From: Chromera velia
Lineage: Eukaryota
Assembly: GCA_018398765.1 (NCBI GenBank)
Contig: JAHBMJ010000321.1
Span: forward strand, 1 to 64,000
DNA: 64,000 nucleotides
Direction of reading: 5' to 3'
Shown in pieces: positions 1-13,134 of this stretch. Numbering within the stretch: position 1 is the stretch's first letter; the number at the start of each line of letters is the position of its first letter. The position numbers and the translations under genes were made by a program. Below the pieces are notes generated by a model. The model was not told the origin of the DNA and did not search any database. It saw only the letters and a list, made by a program, of their open reading frames with translations.

Positions 1-1421
1 ACAGACCAAGGGGGTTTGTGAGTATTTCTTTCAGGGTCGTGGAACACCACAAGGAAACATTGGCAGAAGAAGAGTGAGCCTGCGGGTTTGGAGGGAGGGA
101 GGGAAGGAAGAAAAGAGAGCGAAGGAAACATGAATTAAGTGCAGAAACAAGGCAAGAAAGAAAGAAAGAAAAGACCGATCCAGTCTGCAAATTTTGCTGC
201 AAAAAGGAAGGACGAGGTCGGCTTTTGAAACTTCAATTCGAGTGACTCGAGGGAGGAAGAAAATGAATCCGAGAGGAGCAATGAAAGTCCCTCTATCGAA
301 GACAAAACAATTATCTAAAAGCAGACTGCCTGGCAAACTGACCGCATTTTTGGCTTTGGCAAAGAGTTGCTTGACGATCTGGAAGAGTTGGACGTTCAAC
401 ATGGCCTTCGCATTCGGGTATCGCACCTTGCAAAGGGGGGAGGTGGCAGGGGGGGTGCCGACGCGGTCCTTTTCTTTTTCAGTTTGCTTGTCTTTGTCCT
501 TGTCCTTCTCCTTGTCGGTTGGATTGTCGGGGAAACTGTGGGGCTCGGCACTGAAAGGAACTGCAGAAATGTCCAATGGAAAGCGCAAAAGGAACAGAAA
601 AAAAATCTGGATGGACAAACACGCCGCTGCGAAAGAAAGATCCAACGCGGGGAGCCTGTCATTGTTGCTGATTCATTCAAAAGCAAAAAGACGGAAACTC
701 CAGCAACCAGCCACTACCGAGGCTACTCTGGTCCACCACGCGTGCAATGGCTCAGTTTTGCTTTCCCTCACTGTGTGCTTACGCCTTCCGGTTAATTCTG
801 CCTTTCCTTGTCTTATTTTCCCATATTTGTCGTCCCCAGCATACGATCCATCAATAGGAGACGGCAGAGGTGAGAAACAGACGGGGACGACTCGAAATAC
901 AAAAACGGAACGAGAAGAGAGGGAGACAGACCGTCGAACGGGGTTTGGGAGTCTGCAGTCTCCAGACAGAAAGCGCGGATGAGCACCTTCACCCTCTCCA
1001 TACACCTGCAGGAACACAGACAGGAGGAAATCAAACAGAGAATGAATCATGACGGTGGGGAGGGAGGGACAGATTCCGCTTGCAGGCAGAACGCGGGAGG
1101 GATTGTCTATCAGAACACCTCTTTCTGCACGACGGCTTTTCAGTCTGACGAATCGAACAGATCGATGGATGGAGGGATGGATGACTGCCTGAGGGGGTCC
1201 CTCCCTCTATCTCCTACGCACGTACAGGTCACATGCGAGCAAGCGAAAGAGGGGGGNNNNNNNNNNNNNNNNNNNNNNNNNNNNNNNNNNNNNNNNNNNN
1301 NNNNNNNNNNNNNNNNNNNNNNNNNNNNNNNNNNNNNNNNNNNNNNNNNNNNNNNNNNNNNNNGGGGGGGGGGGGGAGAGAAAGAGAGACAGAGAGAAAG
1401 ACGGCCAGAGAGAGAGACGGC

Positions 1422-1455
<34 letters not shown>

Positions 1456-4400
1456 TGACCAGCGAGTTGCAGACACATGTGCGGCCTTGATCTTCTCTGC
1501 TTTGGACGAGAGAGACGTAGCGACCTCTCTGACGGTTCCGTTGTCTGCGAGGTCATCACCCTCACATTTCTCCATCTCCATTTTGATCTTCGTGTCCCAC
1601 TTTCTCTCTTCTTCCTCCACGATCCTGTCGAGTTCCTCAAATAGCCCTTCCTGTGCCCTGCCGAATGAGGCCGTCTCCTCGACCCTCTGCAGGAGACGGT
1701 GAAGGTTCCAGTCAGGAACTCCGGAAGGATCAGGACCGGGAGAGGACTCGAAGATCTGCACTTATGCACTCAACGAGAGAGAAGGAGAGAACGAACGAAG
1801 ATGAACTCGCAGAGGGTTATTGCTTTGGGTACTGATGTGCATGTTTGCACTTTGGTGTCACATTGCATTGCGTAGCAGGAAAGAAGGCGGGCAGGCACGC
1901 GTCCCCAAATTTTCTTTCTGAAGTTTCCAGATGTCGAAACGGACTTGCTCAGATCGAAAAACCATCCCAAACAGATGGGTCAAGCCTCGCAGAACAACAG
2001 AAGGAGGAAAGACAGGCTTTGATGTTGGAATAGGAGTACAGTGGTGTTGATAGAGTCAGAAGAGCGCAGCGATGAACTGGAGAGACAATTTGGATAAAAG
2101 CACAAATCTGTGGCAAGAGAATTCGAGTCAAAAGACAGAGACTGACGAAATCGCAGTTGATACACCCACTCTCCCAAGGAATCTTCTCCTTCACCTCCAG
2201 CATGACTTTCCCGAGACTCTTCTTCAACATCCCCGCCAGGTCGCTTGTCCTGGACAGGCCCACCACAACCCTCCACCGACTCTCTGTGTGCTCCACTGCA
2301 CCCCTGTCTCCACACTGACCCAACAACAGACGCCCGAACCACTTGCGTCTCTCATCACACCCCCGCACAGCCTCGACTAACTGAGGAAGAACAGTGTCAA
2401 TCAGACTACGCACAAGGGGTTGGCCCCCCAACGAAAAGATCTGCTCAACCTCTGTGCGACTGTCGACCTTCAAAGCCGCACTCACAACTGCACCAATCTC
2501 CTCCCGACCCTCCCTCCCTGCACTCGCACTCATGTTCTCCCGCACTAACGCGGCAATGCGGTCCTTATCCCCCTCTTCCATTGCTCTTCCAAGTGCCGTT
2601 TTTCCATTCTTGTCTTTTCTGAACAGATCTGCACCTGCGTTCACAAGAGCAGTGATAATGCCGCTGGCACTCGAAGCGAAGTCCACCCCCGCAGTCTCAG
2701 TGCCTGCCACCATCAGGGGCGTGGCCGCGTCCAGGCTCTCTGAGACGATGTTGGGGTCCCATCCCCCCTCTCCGACCAGGGAGCGGACAAGGAACAAGGA
2801 ACCGCGCTTTGCGGCGACATGGAGCGGCGTGCCCTCTCCCTCCACGTCTAGATCCTCAGGAGCAAACCCCCAGTGGGTCAGCAATTTCGTGAGGAATGGG
2901 GAAGCGTTCAGACGTGCACACTGCAAGGCCATTTCCTTCAACGTCTCACTTTTCTTCCCTCTGTCGCTGTCTGTATCAAGCAACCCTGCTGCTTTTGCGG
3001 AGATGTCAAAAAGCTCCAGGGACTCGGTGGAAGTCCCGGATGGGTCGCCCTTGATAACCGTCTCTGGGTGCATGGTGAGATGCGGGAATGTTCTCTGAAG
3101 CCATGAGGCAGACGCGATATCACCCTGAAGGGTGGCCCACTCGAGAGCGTTAAAGGTCTGTTCATTCAGCACAGGTGTCTTTTCGGGGGCTGAAAACGAA
3201 ATCCATGGTTTCGATCGTTCGGGATTGGGGGAAAGTTGTTTGTTTTTTGAACCGGGGGAATTGGGGTTGCTGTCTGGAGGGGAAAGGGTTGCTGTGCTCC
3301 TCGCTTCGTCCCCAAACACGTCGCTGCTTCTGGAAGGAGACCTGCGAGCGCTTGCCCCTCGAGGGCTTCTGGAAGGAGACCTGCGGGCGGCCTCCCACCG
3401 CACTCTCTTCGAAATTCGGTTTTCCCGTTTCTCCTCCTCTTCAACAACACATGAAGCGACATTGGAGAGGTCGACACCGGGCCAGTTGGAGACCAATTTG
3501 ATACGAGCACTTCTGTTTTGGAGGATCTGATGATCCTCGGTGTCCATTGGTTTCTGATGGTAGCTGGAGTGGGTGAGTGCAAACGCAATCGGGGAGAGTC
3601 TCAACTTGACCACCTTGCGTCTTTCGACACGAGGCAAAAAACTCATCATGCCCGACATACCCCCCGAGAACTCTGCAGGAACATTCACGTCCCCTGCACG
3701 GGAGAGAATCTCTGTCAACAACGGCAGAGCCGCGGCAGGCCCCTTCCACCCGTCTACTAGAGCCAGGTGGAGTAGGGTGGCAAAGGGCGGAGTGAGGGTC
3801 CTACCCATGTTCGTGTCTGCCCCTCTGTCGATCAATGCCCCCACCAATCCCCACAGGCCTAACTCTGCAGATGCCATCGCGGGTGTATATCTGTACCGCC
3901 CTGTCCCCCCCCCCTTCTTCACCCGGGGGCCAAAGTTGATCAGAGACGGGTCGCATTTGAGAAGGGAGTCAATCAGAGGGATATGGGGAATGTCTGTCCT
4001 CATGGCAGACTCAGCAGTCCGCGCGGGAACGTGCGTAACGTTCCCGGAAGTGTATTCTGTTGCACCTGCGGCTTTGCACACGAGGTGCAGAGAGGAGAGC
4101 TTACCTTGATCTGTGGCTCTGACATCTGCTCCTGCCTCGATCATTTTCTTCATGACCCCAAGGTCACGAGAGCACAAAGTGGTCTTTTTGGAGACCCTGT
4201 GGGCGGCAAGAACGAGTGCTGTGCCCTCATTCTTCCTTGCACTGTCCCATGCCACCCAGTCCAAGCACCCTCTTTCCCTTGCCCCCTCCACCACACTAGA
4301 GACGAGCTCTTGACAATGAGAGGGTGTGGATCCCCTCAGATTCTCCATACCTTCGAGAACGACGTGCAAAGGGGACTGACCAGAGGGGCCCCTTTCCCCA

Positions 4401-5062
4401 TTCCTTTCTCTTCTGTGAGAGATGGGGTTTGTGGGGTCCCACACATCCACCCGGGCCCCTTTCTGGATCAGCAGCAAGGCCTCTCTGTGTCTTCCCTCAT
4501 GAAGGGCAAAGAGGATCCAGGGGACCCCGTCAATCGTTCCGTTGGGGTCGAGCTGCTGTGCCTCTAGAAGGATCTTCATAGAGGCCAGCACGGCGGGGCC
4601 TGAGCGGAGAGGGAGTTGGAAGGCTCTGCTGGGAGGGGGGAGAAGGGGGCGGTGGGAGATCAGAGCCTTCAAACAATCAAGGGAGTTGTGCTGCGTTGCA
4701 ATCTGGAGGAGGTCTGTATCGTGGGGCAGTACTTTCCCTTTTTCGTCTCTTGACAGACGCCAATGGGGACCGAATCGGTTGGAAGAAAGAAGGGCCTCCA
4801 GCTGTTCATCGTCATCTTGGATCACGGTGGTGATGGCGATGGCAGAGAGTTCTTCCCTTTGTTTCAGGGTGTTGCTATGAAGCGCACGTCGGAGAAGTTC
4901 GGCATCTACTCTGATCGAAAGAAGAAGGCGGGACAGCGAAGTGAGCTTCCAAAAGACCTTATTGCCAAGACATCCCGAGTTTGCAAGAACAGAGAAGAAC
5001 TTTTTGCGAGCAGCATCAGGGGGGGAGGCGGGGGACCCGCTTGACAGGTGCACCACCCTCAT
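1..5062 (-). CDS. Multi-exon ankyrin-repeat protein; 3' end runs off the left edge of the window
   Basis: A long exon (~2194-5062) encodes ankyrin-like repeats (GQSPLHVVL, GTALVLAA, SSLHLVC, TPAMASAELG, GTPLHVAAKRGSLFLVRSLV, TPLMVAG, DKNGKTALGRA). Further probable exons lie at ~1457-1757, ~780-1005, ~342-562 and 1-79 (acceptor CAG at 82-80, frame open to the edge). The start is uncertain: ATG at 5062 or an upstream exon. Confidence 0.8.
1257..1363. other. Assembly gap flanked by G homopolymers; similar gaps at 28776-28869 and 41568-41773
   Basis: N runs bordered by poly-G or poly-C. Confidence 0.95.
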
Positions 5063-6581
5063 TGTTGTTCTTGCAAGCTCAGTCTGCTCCTCCCTGATAG
5101 ATAATCCTCTCACACCAAATACCGAACCGCAAAGATTCCAAAAAGAAAACCGACCATAGATGTGGCACAAACTGTCTTCCAAGAGGTTCCCGTTTGGTGC
5201 TGCCCTTGAATGGTTCTCTAGATGGTTGCCATGTATTAAAAGGAGACAGCAAAAGCACCTGTTGCTCAACGTTGTTTTTTGATGCGGCGCGGTGCCGTCA
5301 ATGCGAATATGAGCACTGCGGCAAGCTTCGTGCTCATTAGACCCGGTCGGGCAGGGCCTGTTCTAGGGTTAGGGTGGAGTTTCCACCCGAATCGTGACCC
5401 GATCGGGGAGGAGTTTTTACTGTGAAGGGCTGATGAGAATACCACTGAGTCTAAGGGTTACTAAGGGTGTTTTTCTTAGTTTTTCTATGTTTTTCTACAA
5501 CTTTTGTTGTCAGTTGTATACTGGGTTGTTGTACCGATATATATTTTAAAAAAATCAGTAAGTTTCTTTCTTTTTTTTTTTTCCGGAGTGCAGAGTAGTA
5601 CAAAGTCTAGGTCTAAGCAGCAGCCTGGCAGCCTAGGCTTACCTAGGCTAGTTGAGGCACTTTCCCTGGAACTTAGGCCAGCAGCTAGCTGGATCGAAGA
5701 CGCACAACGCCCGGACGCTGTACGTTGGACATTCAGCTACTATCGGCTACATTTGGTATTAAAGTGCGGGAAGCTACAGGATACTACTAGAAGTTAAACC
5801 TCTGGACATTAGCCCTAATCGTAATGTTGATTATTTATGGTGCACTCAAACACAAATAGACATAAACTAGCATAGAGGCTACATAGATAAAAAAAACAAT
5901 AAAGAAAGAGAAAGGAGACTCCCGGAACAATCTAGGGAACAGTTAAAGAGCTATAGTATGAAAAGATATGAAATGATACACAAAAAAAAACAAAAGCGAA
6001 GGGAAAAAAGAGGGGCATGGAATGCTCAAAACTTCTGAAACTCGCTTCATACCGTTTATCTGCAACTTTGAGATTATCTCAGATCGTTCCCTAACTTCCT
6101 TTTCAAACCTTGCTTTAGATCGAATGTAATCGAATGGAATGAGCTTTGCGGGGCTTCTCACATATACATACAGGTAATTGACTTATTCAATGTAATCCGT
6201 TTGTAACATAGGCTAGACCTGTGCGGGCTAGCCAAGGGGATCAGATACGTCTACACACCTAGCTATATATACATGTAGATACACGTTTTCCTGAAAAACC
6301 GCACTTCGGACATTTGGTATTGGAGCGGGAGGCTAATCTTCTGCACATTAATCATAATTCTGATTCTATTTGCTAAGCATGTCAGTACTTCATTCACTTA
6401 CTCTAAGTAATCCACAATTATAATTTTTAGAATAGATTGTAATATTAACTAAAATTTTTATTAAATTGTAAGCCTACTAGTAGGCTAAACACTCATTCTT
6501 TAAGCTAGAAACAATATTTTTTTTGCAAAAGATGTCAGCTAGACTGAGCTAGTGCAGTTCACAATCCTCCTTCAGGTATCT

Positions 6582-7764
6582 TCAGATCTTTAGTTTATGC
6601 GATCGATGACGCATCATGAATGCTCTTTGTGTCGACCGGCTTGAATGAGCGGCACCTTTACTGACCGCAATCTTCAGTAGCCGGGCCTCGACCCACTCAA
6701 GGCAGGGCCGGTCTGAGAGAGGGAGGCGTTGACGGAATCTCTGCTGCTTCTGCTGGAATGTGAGGTTGGGTTTGGTGAGGCTGCATGCAAGCAAATGGAC
6801 AAGAAGTCTCAATAAACAAATCGAGTCAAAGACTTGCCAAATATACGGGTGTGGAGGGAGCAGACCCGGGAGAGAAAGAGGCGAGGAAATGGTTGTGGGA
6901 TGGCTTGAAGGCAGACCCCGAAAGCGCTATGAAAATTATTCGAGAGCTTTGCATTTCTTTTTACTCACTTGAATCAGTTCGCTGAACACTCTCTAACTTG
7001 TTGTTTCTCGCTTTTTCGTCTGATTCCAAATCAGCTTCGCCGTTGAAGTCTTGCTTCAGCCTACCGTCTCTTAAAGTAGAGCTAGAATCTTGAACAAGAC
7101 TTGCAGGAACATGGACTGCCAGGAGCTAGGCTCCGACGGCTATAGTCATTCATTCATTCATTCATTCATACAGGCAGATAATCACGCATATGCAGGCAGC
7201 CACCGTTACCGTAGAACGGAATGCAGTGGGTGAGTTCGAGTAACTGTTTCTACAGTGGTGAGCGTCTGCCTCAAAAATAATACAGGTATCGGAAGATACC
7301 ATGCGATTCTTCGCATTCTCTCTTATGAAGCGGCAGAACACAGAGAACGAGTGCAGGCAAAATGTTCCAACACAAGTCAGAACAGAGGATTCATTCGATC
7401 CGTCCCGGCACTGCGAGATTCAACTACATGATGGAGAGAATGAAGAGCCCATGTCCGTCCGCGCTGCAACAGCAGAAGCAAACCGGTCAGCTTCCCCCCT
7501 TCCGCCCCAAAAGGACCTGAAAAGTCATGGTCCCTAAGTTTGCATAGATTCATTCCTCGGCTCAATTAACTGACCACATCGCGATTTCCAGGAGCTCACG
7601 TGCCGCAGATTCCTGGCCCGTCCATGCCGCTGACGGCCCTCCGAAGTCATAGAACTCCTGGCGGAACTTTACGTCGGAATTCTGGCCACCTGGCTGCAGA
7701 GCTGATTGCAACACATGGTGAGTACACTTGTCAAAAAACGAAAGGCACACAGAGAAAGGGATAA

Positions 7765-7805
<41 letters not shown>

Positions 7806-7883
7806 ACAGACACACAGACACACACAGACACACACACACACACAGACACAGACACAGACACAGAAACAGACACGCACAGACAA

Positions 7884-7916
<33 letters not shown>

Positions 7917-7950
7917 CGCACGCACGCACGCACGCACACGCACACACTGT

Positions 7951-7984
<34 letters not shown>

Positions 7985-10900
7985 TAGATGCCTCGCCGAG
8001 TCGCCGTCATAGTGTCATTTGTCGTCCTGCTGATCGAAGTGAAGCAAATCGCGAACCGGCAATACACTATTTAATAAGACCCCATTAATTACAAAGAATG
8101 AAAATCCATGCAACGATTCCCCCCTGCGTTGTTCAAGAATCGGCAGAATGCTATTTAAAGCTTTCAGGCGAGCTGCTGAGATTGGAAGACTCCTCGCTGA
8201 GGTCACTAAAGTCGAAAGATACGCTCGATACGGAAGATTCACAATGATAGCATTTCAAGTCCTTCCCCCTTTTGACCAGAAGCCTCCCACGCACTGCGCG
8301 ATGCTCTTCTAGACTCCTTCGCCCTTCTGTCGACACATTCGTGCAAGAGACAAACAAGAACCTCAGGCAAGAGAGACGCGTGGCAAACCGCAGGTCCTTG
8401 TCTGCAATGCCCGTATGCGAAAGGTTCAAGAGGGACAGCCGCGGCAGCCCCTCACAGAGAAGATGCAGAGACGAGCCTGACACGGCTGTTCCATCAAGGT
8501 CCAGGTTCATCAGCCCGTGCAGAGAGGAAGCGATCGTTTCCACAGTGCGATCTCCCACAAGAGTTGCCCCTCCAAGGTCAAGCATGGAGAGACTGGGTAG
8601 TGATGAGAGGCCAGTCAGAGCATCGTCAGTCAGGTTGTTCGCAAGAATCCCCTTTTCCCTGGCACCGTGGCTGGATGAGAGGTCTAGAGAGCTGAGAGAA
8701 GGGAGGCGTGCCAATACATCGAGGAGACTTGGAATCTCTTCCGATCGGAGGCCACAGTCCTTCAGGGCTGCGGACTGTATTCGAATCTCCTCTGGCCGTA
8801 ACACATCATGGAACCAGCGCAGAAACTGCAAGGTGTCACGGAATGCTACATCAGAATCCTGGGATAGGTCCAAGCCGTCCAGTTCCAACCGGGGAGAGCT
8901 GGCAATCACCCCCCTCACGTATGACTCGTACAGCCGTTTGAGCCGTCCCCTGTCTCCCTTTCCGTTACTGAACGCAATCGCGTACTGACTCTCTGAGCCC
9001 TTTTCCTCCCCCTCCCGCATGTCGATCAGTGTATTGAAGTCTGATGGCGCAAGGGGAGCTGCCGAGATTGCGGGGGTTGATCCAACCTGCAACAAAATTT
9101 GACGACAGGTGTGAAGCGGAGGGTGCATGAAACAGGAAACCAAATAGAAGAGGCTAGCTCATTCAAGAGACACAAGATGCCTTGCGTAAGCTCTCACACA
9201 CACACTCATTTACCGAGAGCGAGAAAGTGAAAAGGTAGTAGACGGAACCGATTGTTTCCTTTGTACCAGGATTGTGACACGCACATATATTTGCGCAAGC
9301 AAAGAGAAAAATAGACACACATACAGCATGATACATTCATTTAAAAAAATGTCGAAAGGAGCAAACCAATGGAGGATGTAGAAGGGCAGGAAACAGCAGG
9401 ACAGTGCACATTCAAATTTGCCACACACCGTTGAACCGTATTAAAAAAAAAGAAGGCGAAAAGGGACGTATTTGCAAGGATTCCACAGAAGCCGCTCAAC
9501 CACGCAGGAAGGCCAGAAATGCTGTAGGACTTGTTCGGATTCTCTTCCATCGGTCATCTCTCTGACGTACCGACCTGCAGGATCTGCGCAGAGCCTTTGC
9601 TACGAAGGTGCGCGAGTCTGCTCTCAAAGATCGGCCATCCTCGTTGCTCATACGGAACGCAACTGGTCACCAGAGCATCGTCTGGGGGAGGTTTTGTGTA
9701 TCTGACGAGGACTGTCTCTGAGTGGCCGTAGAGAGTGGCCATATATTCGAGGCCTGTCTTGATGGACCGCTGCTGGTCTGCACTGCGCGGTTTACCAGCC
9801 TCTCTCTGGTAGAGACACGGAAAGTTCCAGAAGAGAAGCTGAGTGGGGGAGAAGCCGTCCAAACGAGGGGCTTCGGGTGGAAGAGACCAATCAAGCGGCT
9901 TCTCTGTCTTCTCAACTGCTCCTCCCAACGGCCCTTTGCCAAGCGACCGGATTGCTGGCAACAGACCTGAGAGAGAGTCAGAAGACGACTGACGGTCTTT
10001 GTCTGCTTCCCCCTCAGGTAAGTCTCCCTCTTGCTCTTCTCTCTTCTCCCCCGTCTCCTTCATTGCGAATTTTCTTTCTCAAAATCGCTCTGCAGCGTTG
10101 CAGCCTGTGTACTGGAAGGGGGGTCTGGAAGACGTACACGGAGGCTGATCCCCCCCCTCCTGTCTCGGGGTGGTTTTTTGGGTCTCGCCTCTCACAGTCA
10201 CCTCCTTTCTCTCTGTGCTGCAGGCAGCAGAGGCAATCTTGGAATGTCCCCGATTCCTCAGACGCGCCATGAACTTCGATATTCCCTTTGACGGTTCTTT
10301 CTTCTTCTTCTTTGCCTGCTCAATTTGAGTCTCCGACTCGGGTCTCGGAGAGAAGACTGCGCCCTAGCTCTCGTCCTCTTCTCTGCCCCTGAGTCCAAGG
10401 GTCCAAATCAAAACTCTCTGGGGCTTCAACGACGGCACGACCGATCTTCCCCGTCGGGTCGGGGTGGTGCTTGGAATGCCAACAGTAGGAGAGACAGAAC
10501 ACCCGTAGGTTTCGCATATCCCCCCAAACATCACTCGCTTTCCTTGCCTCCAGCGTCTGAAGGAGGAGACGCCTGTCTGCGAGGAAAAGAGGCTTCCATC
10601 GACTGCCGCGACTGGATTCTCCCCTCTGCTTCTAACAAACCGCGCGAGCTGCCTGCCGTCTACGAATGTGAAGGCACCGGAGAGGGCCAGATAGAGCACA
10701 GAGCGAATGTTTTTAAATCTTCAGCGGGTTCGGAGGAGAGCCTCATGGCAGCAGCGGAAAGTCAAAAGAAGCTTAGCACCACTCCCGTCTCCTCCTCCCG
10801 TCTCCGCCGCTTCTTCAACCACATAGACCGATCCCTGCGTGCAACTATGAAGGCGATCGACCATCTTATTCCACTCAGACAAACAGGTCTCCAGTGCCTT

Positions 10901-11500
10901 TCCGCACCAAGAGCACGCACAATCTTTTGGAGGTGTCTGCAGAGCTTGCGCTTTGGCGGCAAGCCAGAGATATCCGTCGTCCGCGTCTGCCTGTGCAGCG
11001 ATGGCCGCGAGAACTCGTTTTTGGGATGCACTGAGCTCCTGCATACAGAACGGTCCATTAATGGCACGGAGCAATTTGGACCCCGACCGTCGTACACGAG
11101 ACAGGCATCCACATGTACATTATACAGCCATGCACCCCTACTGCACGTGCAGCGTCTTCAGCTGACCTTCTCCGTTGTGATCTCCACCACAGGATGGTCT
11201 TCTTCTTTCTCCTCTTCTTCCTCCTCTTCTTTCCCATGCTCCTGGCAAATCTCTTGTTCTCTTTTGTCCAGTTGGAGTGAACCACTCCCACGAGATTCTT
11301 CATCCTTCTTCATTCAGAAAAGGAAGGGAACGTGCTCCTTTGACACATGCAGAGCTGGATGTCCACCCCTGAATTGTTCCGTCCAGCGGGAAGCTGAGCC
11401 CTCCTTGAGAAACACAACAGAGAGTATTGTTGCGTGGCTGCAACTTGTTAGACCACTCTCCTGATGGAGCCTTCGTGTCAAACAACTCCTGCATCTATAA
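6582..11500 (-). pseudogene. Disrupted HET(TIR-like)-domain + leucine-rich-repeat gene
   Basis: HET-like motifs occur in order: FCLSYCWHSKHHPDP (~10455-10505), then LLFWNFPCLYQ, MATLYGHS and YEQRGWPIFE (~9620-9845). An intron (~9087-9576) joins them to an exon with RI-like LRRs (LSSLDLSS, LSMLDLGG, LMNLDLDGT, LSLLNLSHT; 8151-9086). Coding-like segments are split across frames, with stops at 10320, 10079 and 10721, which suggests decay. Outer limits are approximate. Confidence 0.6.
7765..7982. repeat. Compound (CA)n/(CAGA)/(CACG) microsatellite
   Basis: Directly visible tandem repeat. Confidence 0.95.
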
Positions 11501-12398
11501 CATTGGCGCTGGGCATCTCCGGCACTGTCTACAGCTGAGAAACACCGGCGTCTTCTTTACATTTACTGCACTCTTTCCGTATCTTGCGGGTGCAATTCCG
11601 AGGATGGTATTTTTCTTCGTCTTACCTTTGTCGCAAGTGGTATGTGTGAGTTGTCGGATCATTGCGTGCAGCTAGGTGCGAGTATTTTCGTTCGTCCCTA
11701 TATATAGCTGTTGCATCCTGTTGCTGCGTGTTGTTAACTGTTGTTGCTACGTGTTGCTAAGTGTTGCACACGCAACACGCTGTTGGCCAGCTGTTGCGTT
11801 ACGCAACACGTACGGGTTGTATTAATTGACACTTCCTTGAACTTGCAACATGCAGTTATATAGACTTGCGTGCATGCGTCCATGCATCATATATATACAT
11901 GCATGCAGTTATATATATATATATATATATATATATAACTGATCCGGACCTCGATCGATCAATGCTTGCAATGCATGCGCATATACATGCATATACACGT
12001 ATACATGCAACTGCGATAATTGCCCAAGCCGACGCGTATATATATATATATATATACCACCACTTCGTTGACAAGTCACATGCACAGCAGTCCGCCCGGT
12101 CCATCCTGACAACGCTAGCTGCTACACATACTCAGTACTACAAGAGAGGTGGTGTATTCTTTTTTCATAGTTGCAGCCTACTTCCAGGCACCGAGTGCAA
12201 CTGCATGCAGGCACAACTGCATGTGCACATAGCGAAGCCCTCGAGTTTCTATCGCTTTCAATCGAAAGCTCGCGACCTGAGTACCCCTCTGGATCCGAAA
12301 ATCGATCAGTACGACCGCACACGGACTGCCCGTTAAACTGGCTTCGACAGGGTCTGTGTCAACGCCGAAGCTTCCGAATCAGATCGGTGCTCTAACGT

Positions 12399-12857
12399 AT
12401 GAAGCTCAGCAAGCCAAAGGGAGACCCCCTGGTGCTGGGCTGTCTGGCGGCACTAGGCGCTGCTGGATACTTTCTGTACGACAGATTTTGCAAGAGTGGC
12501 AAGAAGGAGAAGACTGAAGAGAGCCGTGAGAACGGGAAAGAGACAGTATTTGTGTTGATGTGCCAGAGGCTTTTTACGGGTTGCCGGATCGAGGGTTTCC
12601 AAGGGCAGATTCGGATCTTCAAGGAGAGGCAGAGAGCTTTGGATGCGGCATTTGAGCTTGCCACATCATGTGCGAACAGTAACGCTCTCCCGGTCCGAAA
12701 CGAGACAGGGGAGTATGTTGGTGAGGCATCAGGCGGTTACGAAGAGTGGCCAGACTTTCGGATTTCTGTCTCTGAGGCTGTCCTCGACTTGTCTGCCGAA
12801 TCTGGTGAGATTGCGACTTTCGAGTATCATGACGGTGGATTTGGACCGGTGTTTTGA
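12399..12857 (+). CDS. Hypothetical 152-aa protein with an N-terminal membrane anchor, intronless
   Basis: ATG-to-TGA ORF with natural-looking composition. Hydrophobic segment LVLGCLAALGAAGYFLY is followed by a Lys/Glu-rich linker. No family recognised. Confidence 0.55.
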   Translation: MKLSKPKGDPLVLGCLAALGAAGYFLYDRFCKSGKKEKTEESRENGKETVFVLMCQRLFTGCRIEGFQGQIRIFKERQRALDAAFELATSCANSNALPVRNETGEYVGEASGGYEEWPDFRISVSEAVLDLSAESGEIATFEYHDGGFGPVF

Positions 12858-13134
12858 GGAAACCAAAATAGGGAATTTGAATTGAGGTGCAAATTTAAAG
12901 ACATGCACGTCCGGTGAATTGAACGTTGGAGTTTCGACGGACCCACATGTCTGTTCTTATCGGTTCTTATTGTTCGGGTATGCACCCATTTCCCTGATTC
13001 GCTTCCTCACTTCTTCATCCACTTACCCACTCACTCACCGACGCATTCGTTGACTCACTCGCGTCCTGAATCGCTTCCTGCCCACCAGGCTTTGTCTCTG
13101 ACTGACAGTCACGGCATGAATACAGGATTTTCGG

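Noticed and set aside
5363..5375. TAGGGTTAGGG telomere-like motif
   Set aside because: Only about two units, compatible with chance.
10325..11464. 379-aa plus-strand ORF
   Set aside because: Antisense shadow of the minus-strand HET-LRR pseudogene; no recognisable motifs.
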